Positions 39,913 to 49,506 of a stretch of DNA of 64,000 nt are shown one piece after another. The notes under the pieces were generated by a model that ran no database searches, was not told where the DNA came from, and saw only the letters and a list, made by a program, of their open reading frames with translations. Every line of letters starts with the position of its first letter. The stretch's first letter is position 1. The stretch covers positions 64,001 through 128,000 of the forward strand of contig JANPLN010000030.1 in assembly GCA_031426555.1 (NCBI GenBank), read 5' to 3'. Position numbers and translations under genes: made by a program. This DNA is from Bdellovibrionales bacterium. GTDB taxonomy: Bacteria; Bdellovibrionota; Bdellovibrionia; Bdellovibrionales; JAGQZY01.

Positions 39913-40578
39913 TCACTGCCGCCGCAAAACCAAAACAAACTGCCGCGGAAGTTCAAAAAGCTGTTCGCGCTTGAGATTAAGCGATTTCAATTCCTCCTCA
40001 ATCTGTGGTGGTTGAAAGCGAAACTTCTTTGGTGGACCCACTGGCGACGAGGGTAAAAAATCAACAATCACAATTCGCGCACCGGGTTTAAGCTGCGAAA
40101 GAATTTTTTGAAAGTACTTTTCCCGGTCCGGCAGATGATGATAGGTGTCCACGATTAAAAGAACATCCAAAGGTTGATCAACAGTAAAGCCGTCGGTTTG
40201 CGAAAGCACAGGCTTGAGATTTAAAAGTTTTTCTTTATCAGCGCGCTTTTGCAAAAACACCGTCATGTCTTTTTCGTTGTCGATGGCATAGACGGTGGCC
40301 TTTGGAAATTGTTTAGCAATTCGCGAGCTAAAATAACCAGTACCGGCGCCGAGGTCCCCAATCACAGCATTTTCGGAAATTTTTAGCGCGTTAATCAGAT
40401 CCTGAGGTTTTTGCCACTCATCGCGCGAAGGATCGTCAAAATTTTTGGTCCACTTCTCGGCATTTTTAAATGCCATGTTGTGATGGTGGTGAGAGCCACC
40501 GTTGTGAGGTTGGTGGGATTGATGCTGTTGGGCCTGTGTAGCGAGACTAACCAAGAGAAGGGAGAAGAAACTTTGCAT
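39913..40578 (-). CDS. Class I SAM-dependent methyltransferase with signal peptide and His-rich N-terminus
   Basis: FDDPSRDEWQKP, DLGAGTGYFS, DTYHH and LKPGARIVIVDF motifs. Confidence 0.88.
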   Translation of the reverse strand: MQSFFSLLLVSLATQAQQHQSHQPHNGGSHHHHNMAFKNAEKWTKNFDDPSRDEWQKPQDLINALKISENAVIGDLGAGTGYFSSRIAKQFPKATVYAIDNEKDMTVFLQKRADKEKLLNLKPVLSQTDGFTVDQPLDVLLIVDTYHHLPDREKYFQKILSQLKPGARIVIVDFLPSSPVGPPKKFRFQPPQIEEELKSLNLKREQLFELPRQFVLVLRRQ

Positions 40579-40696
40579 GCGTGGAATCCTTGTAAAACAT
40601 TCATTTAAAAACACTATAAGTTATCATCAAACAGATGAGTCGTCATAGATATTTACAAAAAAGAGACTACAGATACAGGGAGAGAAGTGAGGTTCT

Positions 40697-41914
40697 ATGA
40701 AAAGTTATTTTTTTGCTATCAATCTATCTGTGATTGTCGTGTTTTTAACGGGATGTTCAACAACCGATTCAAAATTGAATGCCACAGGCGGTACGAGCTG
40801 GTACAACACCATGCATCGATTGTCCGTTAACCATTCGGCCGTGGCTCCGATGTTGGCTGACCCTAAAGAGTTCTACGATCCAAAGAATATTTCTTTTTTG
40901 CGCGAAAAAGCCAACGAAATGATGCAAGCCTCGGTAGAGATGACAAAGGACACGTCAGCTCCCAACGCCGATCCGATCATTGCATTTACTGCTAACGAAT
41001 TTTCGCAGGAGCTTCAAGGTGTCAGCGAAATGCTCGATACTGGTAAGTTACAAGCGGCCCACTATTCGTTATCGCAAGTTGGTAACTACTGCATCAGTTG
41101 TCACAGTCGTGCTGATCGAGGAAGTAAAAACTTTCCGCTAGCGTGGGCAACAAGTCTTTCTGATTTGTCTTCCTCGCAAAAAGTCGCCTATTATCTTGCA
41201 AACCGACAGTACGAAGCTGCTCATCAAGAAACCGAAAAATTAGCACAAGACAGTCTTGTGATGATGAAGGATCCCAATGCCTGGTTGTTGATCTTACAAA
41301 AAGATCTATCAGTGATTGTGCGTGTACAAAAAGACCTGCCTCGAGCGCAAAAATTAACGGCTCTCGCTTTAAAAAATAAGAATTTACAAGAGTATATTAA
41401 AAACGATATCCAAGCGTGGTCTGAAAGTCTGAAGTCATGGAAAGCAGAGGACAAACGCTCCATCGAGGGAACGAAAAGCCTGGCGAGCGCAAAAAAACTA
41501 TTAGACCAGGCGAGAACCCCAAAATACTCCCGCGGGCAATCGGGCTTTGTGCTTTATTTGCGAGCCTCGGGAATTTTACATGAGCTTTTAGAAGGGCCGC
41601 GTAGCGACTCTGGGTATGCATCGGCTCTCTACTTTGCAGGCGTTGCCGCGGGGGGCCTCAAGAACGTGGATGTTTGGAAGCTCGGCGAGCACTATTTTGA
41701 AGTTTGCATCGAGAATTCTCCTAACTCGGCGGTGGCGATAAAGTGCTATCAGCAACTGGAAAACTTGCTGTTGTCTTCGCACCCAAATATGAAATTGCTC
41801 CCGGATCTCGAAAAGCGCATTAACGACCGACTGGCTAAATACAAAGACCTTGCGCGAGTGCAGAAGATTCAGGATGGGGTGAAACCCATGAGCGGTCATG
41901 AGGGAGCGCAGTAG
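40697..41914 (+). CDS. Lipoprotein with a single c-type heme motif and helical/TPR-like C-terminus
   Basis: Lipobox LTGC; CISCH; ASALYFAG...YFEVCI helical repeats. Confidence 0.75.
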   Translation: MKSYFFAINLSVIVVFLTGCSTTDSKLNATGGTSWYNTMHRLSVNHSAVAPMLADPKEFYDPKNISFLREKANEMMQASVEMTKDTSAPNADPIIAFTANEFSQELQGVSEMLDTGKLQAAHYSLSQVGNYCISCHSRADRGSKNFPLAWATSLSDLSSSQKVAYYLANRQYEAAHQETEKLAQDSLVMMKDPNAWLLILQKDLSVIVRVQKDLPRAQKLTALALKNKNLQEYIKNDIQAWSESLKSWKAEDKRSIEGTKSLASAKKLLDQARTPKYSRGQSGFVLYLRASGILHELLEGPRSDSGYASALYFAGVAAGGLKNVDVWKLGEHYFEVCIENSPNSAVAIKCYQQLENLLLSSHPNMKLLPDLEKRINDRLAKYKDLARVQKIQDGVKPMSGHEGAQ

Positions 41915-42036
41915 TCCTTTGAATCCACAGACGCGCCGAATAATCGGTGAGTTTATGTCTAATGCCAAAAAATGCATTCAACCTTGGTTCTTTTTTAAAA
42001 AATTGCGTAGACTTGTTTTCAACAGGAATGTGGAAA

Positions 42037-42768
42037 ATGAATCTCGCGCAGTACAAACTGAACCAGGCAGCACGTCTGCTGAAACAACCAAGATATCGCG
42101 TGATCTGTGAGGCGTGCGATCAGCCGGATTTTTGCTGCTATTGTGCACAGCTTGCGGCCTTCGATCCGCAAATCAGTTTTGTCATTCTTATTCATCCCAT
42201 CGAAGTGAAGCGGCGGATTGCTACGGGAAGGATGTCCCATCTTTCGCTGAAAAATTCGCATTTGATCGAAGGCCAGGATTACTCTCAAAATTTGCAGGTG
42301 AACGAGTTGCTCGAGGATAAAAACTATCATTCGGTGGTGTTGTACCCGGGAGTCCATTCGCAAAATTTATCCACTCTGAGTAATGTAGAAAAAACGAAGC
42401 TATTTCCAAAAGAAAAAAAACTGCGCATCTTCGTGGTGGATGGAACTTGGGCCACAGCTCGCAAAATGATGCGCTTAAGTGAAAACCTCAAAAATCTTCG
42501 ACGGGTGTGCTTTTCGCCGGATAAGCCTTCAAACTTTCGCGTGCGCAAGCAGCCCCATCCCCAATGCTACTCCACGATTGAGGCCGTTCATCACACCATC
42601 GAACTCCTGGGAGATTCTCGGGGGTTTCCGGTGAAAACTCGTCTTCATGATCGACTTTTGCGGGTGTTTGAGTATATGGTCGAGCGGCAATTGCAGTTTA
42701 TTAAGGTTTCGAAAGAGACGTCTAAAATGGGCAATTACCGCAAAATAAATTTAGATCGAGAACTCTGA
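42037..42768 (+). CDS. DTW-domain tRNA-uridine aminocarboxypropyltransferase
   Basis: CxxC...CxC, HPIE, LYPG, DGTW and STIEA motifs. Confidence 0.92.
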   Translation: MNLAQYKLNQAARLLKQPRYRVICEACDQPDFCCYCAQLAAFDPQISFVILIHPIEVKRRIATGRMSHLSLKNSHLIEGQDYSQNLQVNELLEDKNYHSVVLYPGVHSQNLSTLSNVEKTKLFPKEKKLRIFVVDGTWATARKMMRLSENLKNLRRVCFSPDKPSNFRVRKQPHPQCYSTIEAVHHTIELLGDSRGFPVKTRLHDRLLRVFEYMVERQLQFIKVSKETSKMGNYRKINLDREL

Positions 42769-42778
42769 GGACTCCATT

Positions 42779-44164
42779 TTGAAAGCAAAAGACTTTAGCT
42801 CCCTTCCCTTGTCGCAGTCCCTGTTAAAACTGATCGCTGAAATGGGTTTTTTGGAAATGACACCCATCCAAGCGGCAAGTATTCCTTTGCTGCTGTCGGG
42901 AAAAGATCTTGTGGGTCAATCGCAAACGGGCAGCGGAAAAACTGCCGCGTTTATCATACCAATTCTGGAAAAAATTAAAGTCAGCGATCTCTTCGCCCAG
43001 GCATTGATTTTGTGTCCAACGCGGGAACTGTGTGATCAGGTCTTGCGCGAATGCCGCAAATTTTCCAAGGCGTTCCCCGGTGTACAGACGGTGGCGCTTG
43101 TGGGTGGGCAGCCGTACCCGCAGCAGCTTCAGGCCCTCGAGCGCGGCGCCCAACTGATCGTTGGAACTCCGGGGCGAACCTTAGAGCATCTCAACGAACG
43201 AAATGCACAGTTGGATCGCCTTAAAATATTTGTGCTCGACGAAGCCGATCGCATGTTGGAAGAGGGCTTTACCGACGAGCTCACAGCCATTATCGACCAG
43301 TTGCCCAAAGACCGACAAACCGTGTTTTTTTCGGCAACGTTTCCCGAAGGCGTGGAAGTACTTTCGGATCGCTATCAAAAAAACGCCGAGCGAGTTACCA
43401 TTGAACAAAGTTTGTTAAACACACCGCAAATCGAACAGTATGTTTACGCCAGCGAAAACCCCGAAAAAGGAGAAACTCTTTTCAAAATTCTAAAAAGTCA
43501 TCCGTCTCAGTGCACGTTAATCTTTTGTCGGATGAAAACCGCGGTGGCGCAAATAGGCCAGCAGCTGGCAAAACACAAAGTGAGCTGTGGGGTTTTGCAC
43601 GGAGATCTCGAACAGGTGGAGCGCGATCGAGTGACAACTTTGTTTCGCAATGGAAGCCTGCGAGTTTTAGTTGCCACCGATGTGGCGGCCCGGGGCTTGG
43701 ACATTGATACTTTAGAACTTGTCGTAAACATGGATATGCCTTCGAGCACAGAGATCTACGTGCATCGCATTGGCCGCACTGGCCGAGCCGGTCGCAAAGG
43801 CACAGCGGTGTCTATTGCCACTGAGTATGAAGTTCCGATGGTGGCCGAGATCGAAGAGCTGACGGGTGTAAAGATGCGCCGTCAGGCTTTGAGCGAAAAT
43901 AGCGACTTCCCTGAAGAAATGCAGAGATCCCTCACACGCACGCTTTATATTTCGGGCGGCAAGGGCAACAAGCTTCGACCGGGAGATATTTTAGGAACTT
44001 TGACGGCGGAGCCAAATGCCATCGCCGGAAAAGACGTGGGTAAGATCGAGGTGCACGATCGCTTCAGTTATGTAGCCATCAAATCCTCTGACGTCGACAG
44101 AGCTCTGGCAAAGTTGCAAAGCTCAAAAATCAAAGGATCTAAATTTAAAGTGCACTTACTGTAA
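42779..44164 (+). CDS. dbpA: DEAD-box RNA helicase DbpA
   Basis: MTPIQ, TGSGKT, DEAD, SAT and HRIGRTGR; C-terminal GGK..KLRPGDILG RNA-binding domain; TTG start. Confidence 0.92.
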   Translation: MKAKDFSSLPLSQSLLKLIAEMGFLEMTPIQAASIPLLLSGKDLVGQSQTGSGKTAAFIIPILEKIKVSDLFAQALILCPTRELCDQVLRECRKFSKAFPGVQTVALVGGQPYPQQLQALERGAQLIVGTPGRTLEHLNERNAQLDRLKIFVLDEADRMLEEGFTDELTAIIDQLPKDRQTVFFSATFPEGVEVLSDRYQKNAERVTIEQSLLNTPQIEQYVYASENPEKGETLFKILKSHPSQCTLIFCRMKTAVAQIGQQLAKHKVSCGVLHGDLEQVERDRVTTLFRNGSLRVLVATDVAARGLDIDTLELVVNMDMPSSTEIYVHRIGRTGRAGRKGTAVSIATEYEVPMVAEIEELTGVKMRRQALSENSDFPEEMQRSLTRTLYISGGKGNKLRPGDILGTLTAEPNAIAGKDVGKIEVHDRFSYVAIKSSDVDRALAKLQSSKIKGSKFKVHLL

Positions 44165-47100
44165 CTTTGTTTCCTTTGTAGTGCTTTCATGACTCACGTT
44201 CATCAGATTGTCTTTGGAGTTTCGATCAATCAAAACATTCAGAGGATCTATTCCAGCCTTAAAAGGCTCCTCTTTGACCACAATTTCAAATTTGTTTTCA
44301 CCAGTTTTAATCGTATGTTTTTTAAGATAAATGTACTTTTCATCTTTACCAAGGATGCCCACATCCATCGCTTGGGAAAACTCTTTATTTTCCTCTTTTC
44401 CTTCTTTGTCTGAATAGACTTTTTCAGAAGAAATATTCATACTCACTTTAAAAGTGCCATCCGACAGCTTTTCCACTTGCGCCGTGAGCGGTCGATTTTC
44501 AAAAATCACAATTTTTTCCATCAAATCTGTGACCAGGGCCTTTTGATCGTCTGTGGCTTTACTTTTGACCACGTTTAAGAAATCGATGGAGGTCATATAA
44601 GGAGGTGCCATCCGTGAGTACTTGCCAAGGGTTTCCTTGAGAGCGCCATTAAAAGTGTCCTCGCCCATGTAATCTTTAATGGAATACAAAACCACACTGC
44701 CTTTCCGATAATGAAGATACTGTTGGGATTCCGCCAGATATAGCGGATTCTCGTACTCAGTCTCTTTGCTGCGCCCAAATAAATAACGGTCCAATTCGTA
44801 TTGTAAAAACTTTTTCATCTTTTCACGGCCGTACTCGTGCTCCATAACCATAAGGGCAGAATATTGCGAAAGTGATTCGGAAAGCATGTCGGCACCCTGC
44901 ACATTGGCTCCCATCATCTGATGGGGCCACCACTGGTGAGCCAGCTCATGGGCCGTGATATAAAAAGGGTAGTCAATATCGTCTTCTTTAGAATCATCCA
45001 CTTTGGCAATAAAACCAACTCCTTCAGAAAAGGGAATGGTATTAGGAAAAGACTGTGCAAAGGTTTCGTAGCGTGGAAACTCAATGATGCGATACTGTTT
45101 GTGCTGGTAGGGTCCAAAGTTTTTTGTAAAATAATCTAAGGATTTTTTGGTGGCGTTCACCATTCTATGCAGATTGTACTCGTGCCCTTTGTGATAATAA
45201 ATCTCGATATTCACATCGTTCCACGTGTCGCGAAGGACTTCATAACGTCCCGACAAAAACGCATAAAAATTAATAATTTTTTGATCCATCTTGTAATGAA
45301 AGTAACGGCGACTTCCCTCGGTCCATTCTTTTTGCAAGTAGCCCGGCGCGATAGCTATTTGATCTGCTGTTGTGCTGACGATGGTTTCAAAATCAATCCA
45401 ATAGCCGTTAACGCCGAGGAGCGAATTTTGCCATTGATCTTTGTCGTCGATGGCGGGCTTACGTAATTTGGGTGGAAGCCCGCGCTTTTCGCGAGCTTTG
45501 CGCTCGCCGAGCTCGGAAGACGATTGATATCCAAACGACGGAAAATAATCGAAGTTATTAAAAAAAGTGCCGTTGTAATGAATTTTCCCGATGTTGGTAC
45601 CGTTTTTAATAGTGGATTCATCCACGGTGACGGCATAGTCGCCCTCAAAATCTTGATTGGGCTGGATAGGCTGCGCAAACGTATAGACAACCACTTTTAA
45701 GCGATCGTCTCTTTTTTCTATTGTAGGTATCGAGAACGAAAGTGACCAATCGGCGTCGGGGACGCTAATGAGTACATCATTGATCGCTTGCTGTGTGGTA
45801 TTTTTGAACTTGATTTTTAGTTTCGCACGAACTTTTAATTGTTCTGGAAAAATATCTACGTTGGCAAAAACGGAGGTCAATTGAGCCACGGGGCGCTTAT
45901 CGAATATTTTGTACTGTTTTTCGTAATCGTAAGATCGTTTTTCGGCTTCTTTACGAGAGATATACTCGTTGACGACATTATTTTGATAGAAAAGATAAGA
46001 ACCCAAGACTAAAAAACCAAGGATTGAGGTTGCTAAAGCAGTTTTGAGCGGAGGAGTCAGGATGGCTCTTAACGGAGTTCGCATTTTTTTTAAAGATGTA
46101 GCTTCCGTTCCTCGATGCCAGAGGGCATAGGAAATAATGACGAGCACAGCGGATAAAAACAGCCAGTAAAAATTATAAAGGTGAAATATTCTAAACAAGT
46201 GACCAAAGCCATTCATGTCGGAATACATAGGGAAAGGCTTTTTGTTAAACAGATACAAATAGTGCTCAAAACCAAGGGCCTCGGCGAAGATATCAATAAG
46301 ATAATAAATAACGATCATGCCGTGGGCGAGATATTTATTTTTAAAGACAACCTGAAAAAAGAACGTTAGCGCAATAAGATTGACGTAACTTGGCAATTCC
46401 ACCAAATACAAACGAACCAAATACTGCGTAAGCTCGAAGTTGGTGTAGCCATAGGCCAGTTGGATGGCGATTCCTGAAAACAGAACAGCGGTTAACAATA
46501 AAATGGTGACGAGAACCATATTGATAAATTTTGCAGCAAAAATCACCCCATTAGGTGTGGGCAAAGCATCAATGATTTGATTAATTTTTAGATCGCGGTC
46601 GCGCCAAACAGTCTCCCCCGTGTAAAGAGTAATAACAATAAGTACAAAAAGTGAAAATGTTCCACCAATAAAATCGAGCACGTTGTATGTAACCGGGTAG
46701 GCGTTGGTGCCAAACATTTTTCCAACCTGTGTGCCGGTGATAAACATGTAACCCACGCCAGCTAGCACGATAACGACAAAGTAAATACTTTTGACAGTTT
46801 GCAAGAATTCAAAGGAAAGCTGCTTCAGCAGCAAGGGGGCCCATTTGATATTTTTTAAATCCAGAGCACGCAGAGGATTTATTGATCGAGCCTGGAGAGG
46901 CTCGGCGATAACGGCGTCTGCCTTGCGAGTTTTTGCTTTTTTCGCTGTCTTCGAAAAATTAATGAGCGTTGTGGCAAGTGCGGCAAAGCCTATACCCAGC
47001 CACAAGACGCGATTCCATAAGAAGTAACTTTCAAAAGAGATAGATTGTTGATTTTGTTGATAAACAGTCCAATAGCGGATGGTTTCCGAAATGGCGCGAA

Positions 47101-47764
47101 GACCTAGGGGATCCATCAATGTGCGCAACCATTTGTTGTCGAGATCGTCTAAGAGCTGTCCCGAAGAGGACCACAGCAGAAACAAGAGCGTGACAGCGAT
47201 GTAAATCGGCGCCATTTTTTTGGTTCGAGAACCTATGAAAAAGAAGATAGAACCAAAAATAAAGATGTTTGGCAGTGCAACGGTGAGCAGGGGAAGTAAA
47301 TAACCCTTAAGGGTGTTCACGCCGAGCATAGATGGAAGAACAAAAGGGAGTTTGCTCGCAACAAAGACACCCAGGGGAATGCTTGAGAGAACGAAGAGCA
47401 TAAACAACAGGGCGCCAATAAATCGCCCGATCAAAAAATGTTTTACTTTTAGCGGAGTCGAGAAAATAATTTGGTCGATGTTGTTGATAAAATCTTTGCA
47501 GATGGCCTGTCCAAAAACGGGTGCGATAATAAAAAGATTGAAAGCCGTGAGCAGTGCCACGTAAAGAGTAATGCTCATGGGTGAGTTCACGAAAACCCGA
47601 GCCCCGGTTCCAAAGTTGATTGAAGCTCCGGGAATGGCTCCGCCGGCCGCAAGAGTCATCAACACGGATAGCGCAAAAAACATAACGAAGTAGATGTAAC
47701 TCGACATGGAACGATAGCGGATTTTTAGCTCAAAAGCGATATTTGCAATAATGGCTGTTATCAT
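44156..47764 (-). CDS. ABC-2-type double permease fused to an M1-family aminopeptidase domain
   Basis: Two multi-TM blocks, then a soluble domain with FAQSF, HELAHQWW, ESLSQY and YRKG motifs. Confidence 0.9.
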   Translation of the reverse strand: MITAIIANIAFELKIRYRSMSSYIYFVMFFALSVLMTLAAGGAIPGASINFGTGARVFVNSPMSITLYVALLTAFNLFIIAPVFGQAICKDFINNIDQIIFSTPLKVKHFLIGRFIGALLFMLFVLSSIPLGVFVASKLPFVLPSMLGVNTLKGYLLPLLTVALPNIFIFGSIFFFIGSRTKKMAPIYIAVTLLFLLWSSSGQLLDDLDNKWLRTLMDPLGLRAISETIRYWTVYQQNQQSISFESYFLWNRVLWLGIGFAALATTLINFSKTAKKAKTRKADAVIAEPLQARSINPLRALDLKNIKWAPLLLKQLSFEFLQTVKSIYFVVIVLAGVGYMFITGTQVGKMFGTNAYPVTYNVLDFIGGTFSLFVLIVITLYTGETVWRDRDLKINQIIDALPTPNGVIFAAKFINMVLVTILLLTAVLFSGIAIQLAYGYTNFELTQYLVRLYLVELPSYVNLIALTFFFQVVFKNKYLAHGMIVIYYLIDIFAEALGFEHYLYLFNKKPFPMYSDMNGFGHLFRIFHLYNFYWLFLSAVLVIISYALWHRGTEATSLKKMRTPLRAILTPPLKTALATSILGFLVLGSYLFYQNNVVNEYISRKEAEKRSYDYEKQYKIFDKRPVAQLTSVFANVDIFPEQLKVRAKLKIKFKNTTQQAINDVLISVPDADWSLSFSIPTIEKRDDRLKVVVYTFAQPIQPNQDFEGDYAVTVDESTIKNGTNIGKIHYNGTFFNNFDYFPSFGYQSSSELGERKAREKRGLPPKLRKPAIDDKDQWQNSLLGVNGYWIDFETIVSTTADQIAIAPGYLQKEWTEGSRRYFHYKMDQKIINFYAFLSGRYEVLRDTWNDVNIEIYYHKGHEYNLHRMVNATKKSLDYFTKNFGPYQHKQYRIIEFPRYETFAQSFPNTIPFSEGVGFIAKVDDSKEDDIDYPFYITAHELAHQWWPHQMMGANVQGADMLSESLSQYSALMVMEHEYGREKMKKFLQYELDRYLFGRSKETEYENPLYLAESQQYLHYRKGSVVLYSIKDYMGEDTFNGALKETLGKYSRMAPPYMTSIDFLNVVKSKATDDQKALVTDLMEKIVIFENRPLTAQVEKLSDGTFKVSMNISSEKVYSDKEGKEENKEFSQAMDVGILGKDEKYIYLKKHTIKTGENKFEIVVKEEPFKAGIDPLNVLIDRNSKDNLMNVSHESTTKETKLQ

Positions 47765-48633
47765 TTTACAAATCCCTTGATGTGAGCAAAGTAATAGTCT
47801 TCCAGACTGGCTTCTGCGCGATCAAAGTTTTCGGGGGCCACCGTCGAATAAACCTTTACGATAATTTTCCCGGCTGAAAAACGGGAATTGATCACTTGGT
47901 ACTGCGTTTCGATTGCGGGAACAGATTGTTTCTCAACGATGCGCGACCACACCTTTCCTTCGATATCTTTGAGGGCTTTTTCGGGTGTGGTTTGCACAAG
48001 CACTTTGCCATTATTGATAATTGCAAAATTCTGGCAGAGATCGGCCACATCGCTGACAATGTGAGTGGATAGAATCACGGTCACATCGGAACCGATTTCG
48101 CTGAGGATATTATAAAAACGCAGACGCTCTTCTGGATCCAAGCCCGCCGTGGGTTCGTCCACGATCAGAAGCTGCGGCTGAGCAATGAGGGCCTGGGCAA
48201 TACCAAAGCGTTGTTTCATGCCACCGGAGTAAGTATTGACCGATTTATTTTTGTGTTGCGAAAGATTTGTGAGCTCTAAAAAATGCAGGACACGTTCTTT
48301 ACGTTGTTGGGGGTCGGTAATTCCTTTCAGCGTGGCGATGTAGTCCAAGAGATCAGTTGCTGAAATTTTAGGATACACGCCAAATTCCTGGGGCAAATAG
48401 CCTAAAACTTTTCGCAGATCTTCTTCTTGCGTCAAGGCGTCTAGATTTTGAAATTGAATGGAACCGGTGTCGGGGGCTTGCAAGGTGGCGATGGTGCGCA
48501 TAAGGGATGATTTTCCAGCCCCGTTTGGTCCAAGGAGGCCAAACATTCCCTTGGGAATTTGCAGATGGATGTTTTGCAGTGCGCGAACACCATTGTCGTA
48601 GGTTTTACTAACGTTTTCGATCGTTAAGCTCAT
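47761..48633 (-). CDS. ABC transporter ATP-binding protein
   Basis: GPNGAGKS, YSGGMKQR, VDEPTAGLD and LSTH motifs; ATGA-coupled to the permease. Confidence 0.96.
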   Translation of the reverse strand: MSLTIENVSKTYDNGVRALQNIHLQIPKGMFGLLGPNGAGKSSLMRTIATLQAPDTGSIQFQNLDALTQEEDLRKVLGYLPQEFGVYPKISATDLLDYIATLKGITDPQQRKERVLHFLELTNLSQHKNKSVNTYSGGMKQRFGIAQALIAQPQLLIVDEPTAGLDPEERLRFYNILSEIGSDVTVILSTHIVSDVADLCQNFAIINNGKVLVQTTPEKALKDIEGKVWSRIVEKQSVPAIETQYQVINSRFSAGKIIVKVYSTVAPENFDRAEASLEDYYFAHIKGFVK

Positions 48634-48699
48634 GAGTCCCCCTCAGTAAGCTGGTGTTGTGCCTTACGGGGAGTGGCGATTCAATGGGCGGGGCGTTGT

Positions 48700-49506
48700 T
48701 TACCTGTGAAGGTGAAAGATGCGCTCTTCGGGGAACATTTCCAAGCGAGAGTAATCGGCAAGCATGGCGTTTTCGAACTTTGAAATGCTCTGCCTGTACA
48801 GGCCAAAATATTTAATCATATCAATCATCCAAATGGGCACTTTTGTGGTGGATTTTAGCTCCAGGATCACCATGCTCTGCGTGTCCTCGAAGGAGGCTGT
48901 GTGGTCATAGTGTTGAAGCAGCTGGTCGTTGGGGATCACATTCCAGTCTGTCTCGTGCTGAAAACGCATGTCTCTGTCGAAGGTCACTCGGGCGTAGTCG
49001 TCGACGGTGGAAATATAGGCTTTGCGGCGATATTGTGTTAAAACTTTCGGGCGCGTATTCAGGCGATAGCGCCAGTATAAAAATTCATTCACGGCGCCTT
49101 GCGATTTTTCATCAATCACAATCTCGCCTTCGAGGATTTTATCAATGTAGAGTCTGAGATCAGTTTCAAAAACTTTTCCGCGAATTTTTCGAACGACGTC
49201 ATTGCTCTTCTTCTTAACTTCGAAAAAATACGGAGGTTTCGGGTGCGTTCCATAGGAACGGATTCGCAAATTAAAACGGTTGGCCTGCGAAAGTTGTTTA
49301 TAATTAAAAATCTTAAAGTCGTCCGAGTCGAAATAAAGCGAGTTGATCGTGTAAAAGTGATCGGCCTCGAGCTGCGAATAATAGTCCATTTCGCAATACA
49401 TCTCTACATACTGCGAAATCGGCGCCACGAGGTCCAAGGGAACCAGATATTTAAGCTCGTAGCGTTCAAGAATTAGCGGCGAAACTGCATCGACCGTTGG
49501 GATCAT
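48700..49506 (-). CDS. VTC-domain (polyphosphate polymerase-like, CYTH/TTM fold) protein
   Basis: ERYELKY, INSLYFDS, LRIRSY, FEVKKK, YRRKAY, RVTFD, ILELK and ISKF motifs. Confidence 0.9.
   Translation of the reverse strand: MIPTVDAVSPLILERYELKYLVPLDLVAPISQYVEMYCEMDYYSQLEADHFYTINSLYFDSDDFKIFNYKQLSQANRFNLRIRSYGTHPKPPYFFEVKKKSNDVVRKIRGKVFETDLRLYIDKILEGEIVIDEKSQGAVNEFLYWRYRLNTRPKVLTQYRRKAYISTVDDYARVTFDRDMRFQHETDWNVIPNDQLLQHYDHTASFEDTQSMVILELKSTTKVPIWMIDMIKYFGLYRQSISKFENAMLADYSRLEMFPEERIFHLHR

Noticed and set aside
39812..44000. Integrative element at tRNA-Pro
   Set aside because: No integrase and no duplicated tRNA 3' end noticed downstream.
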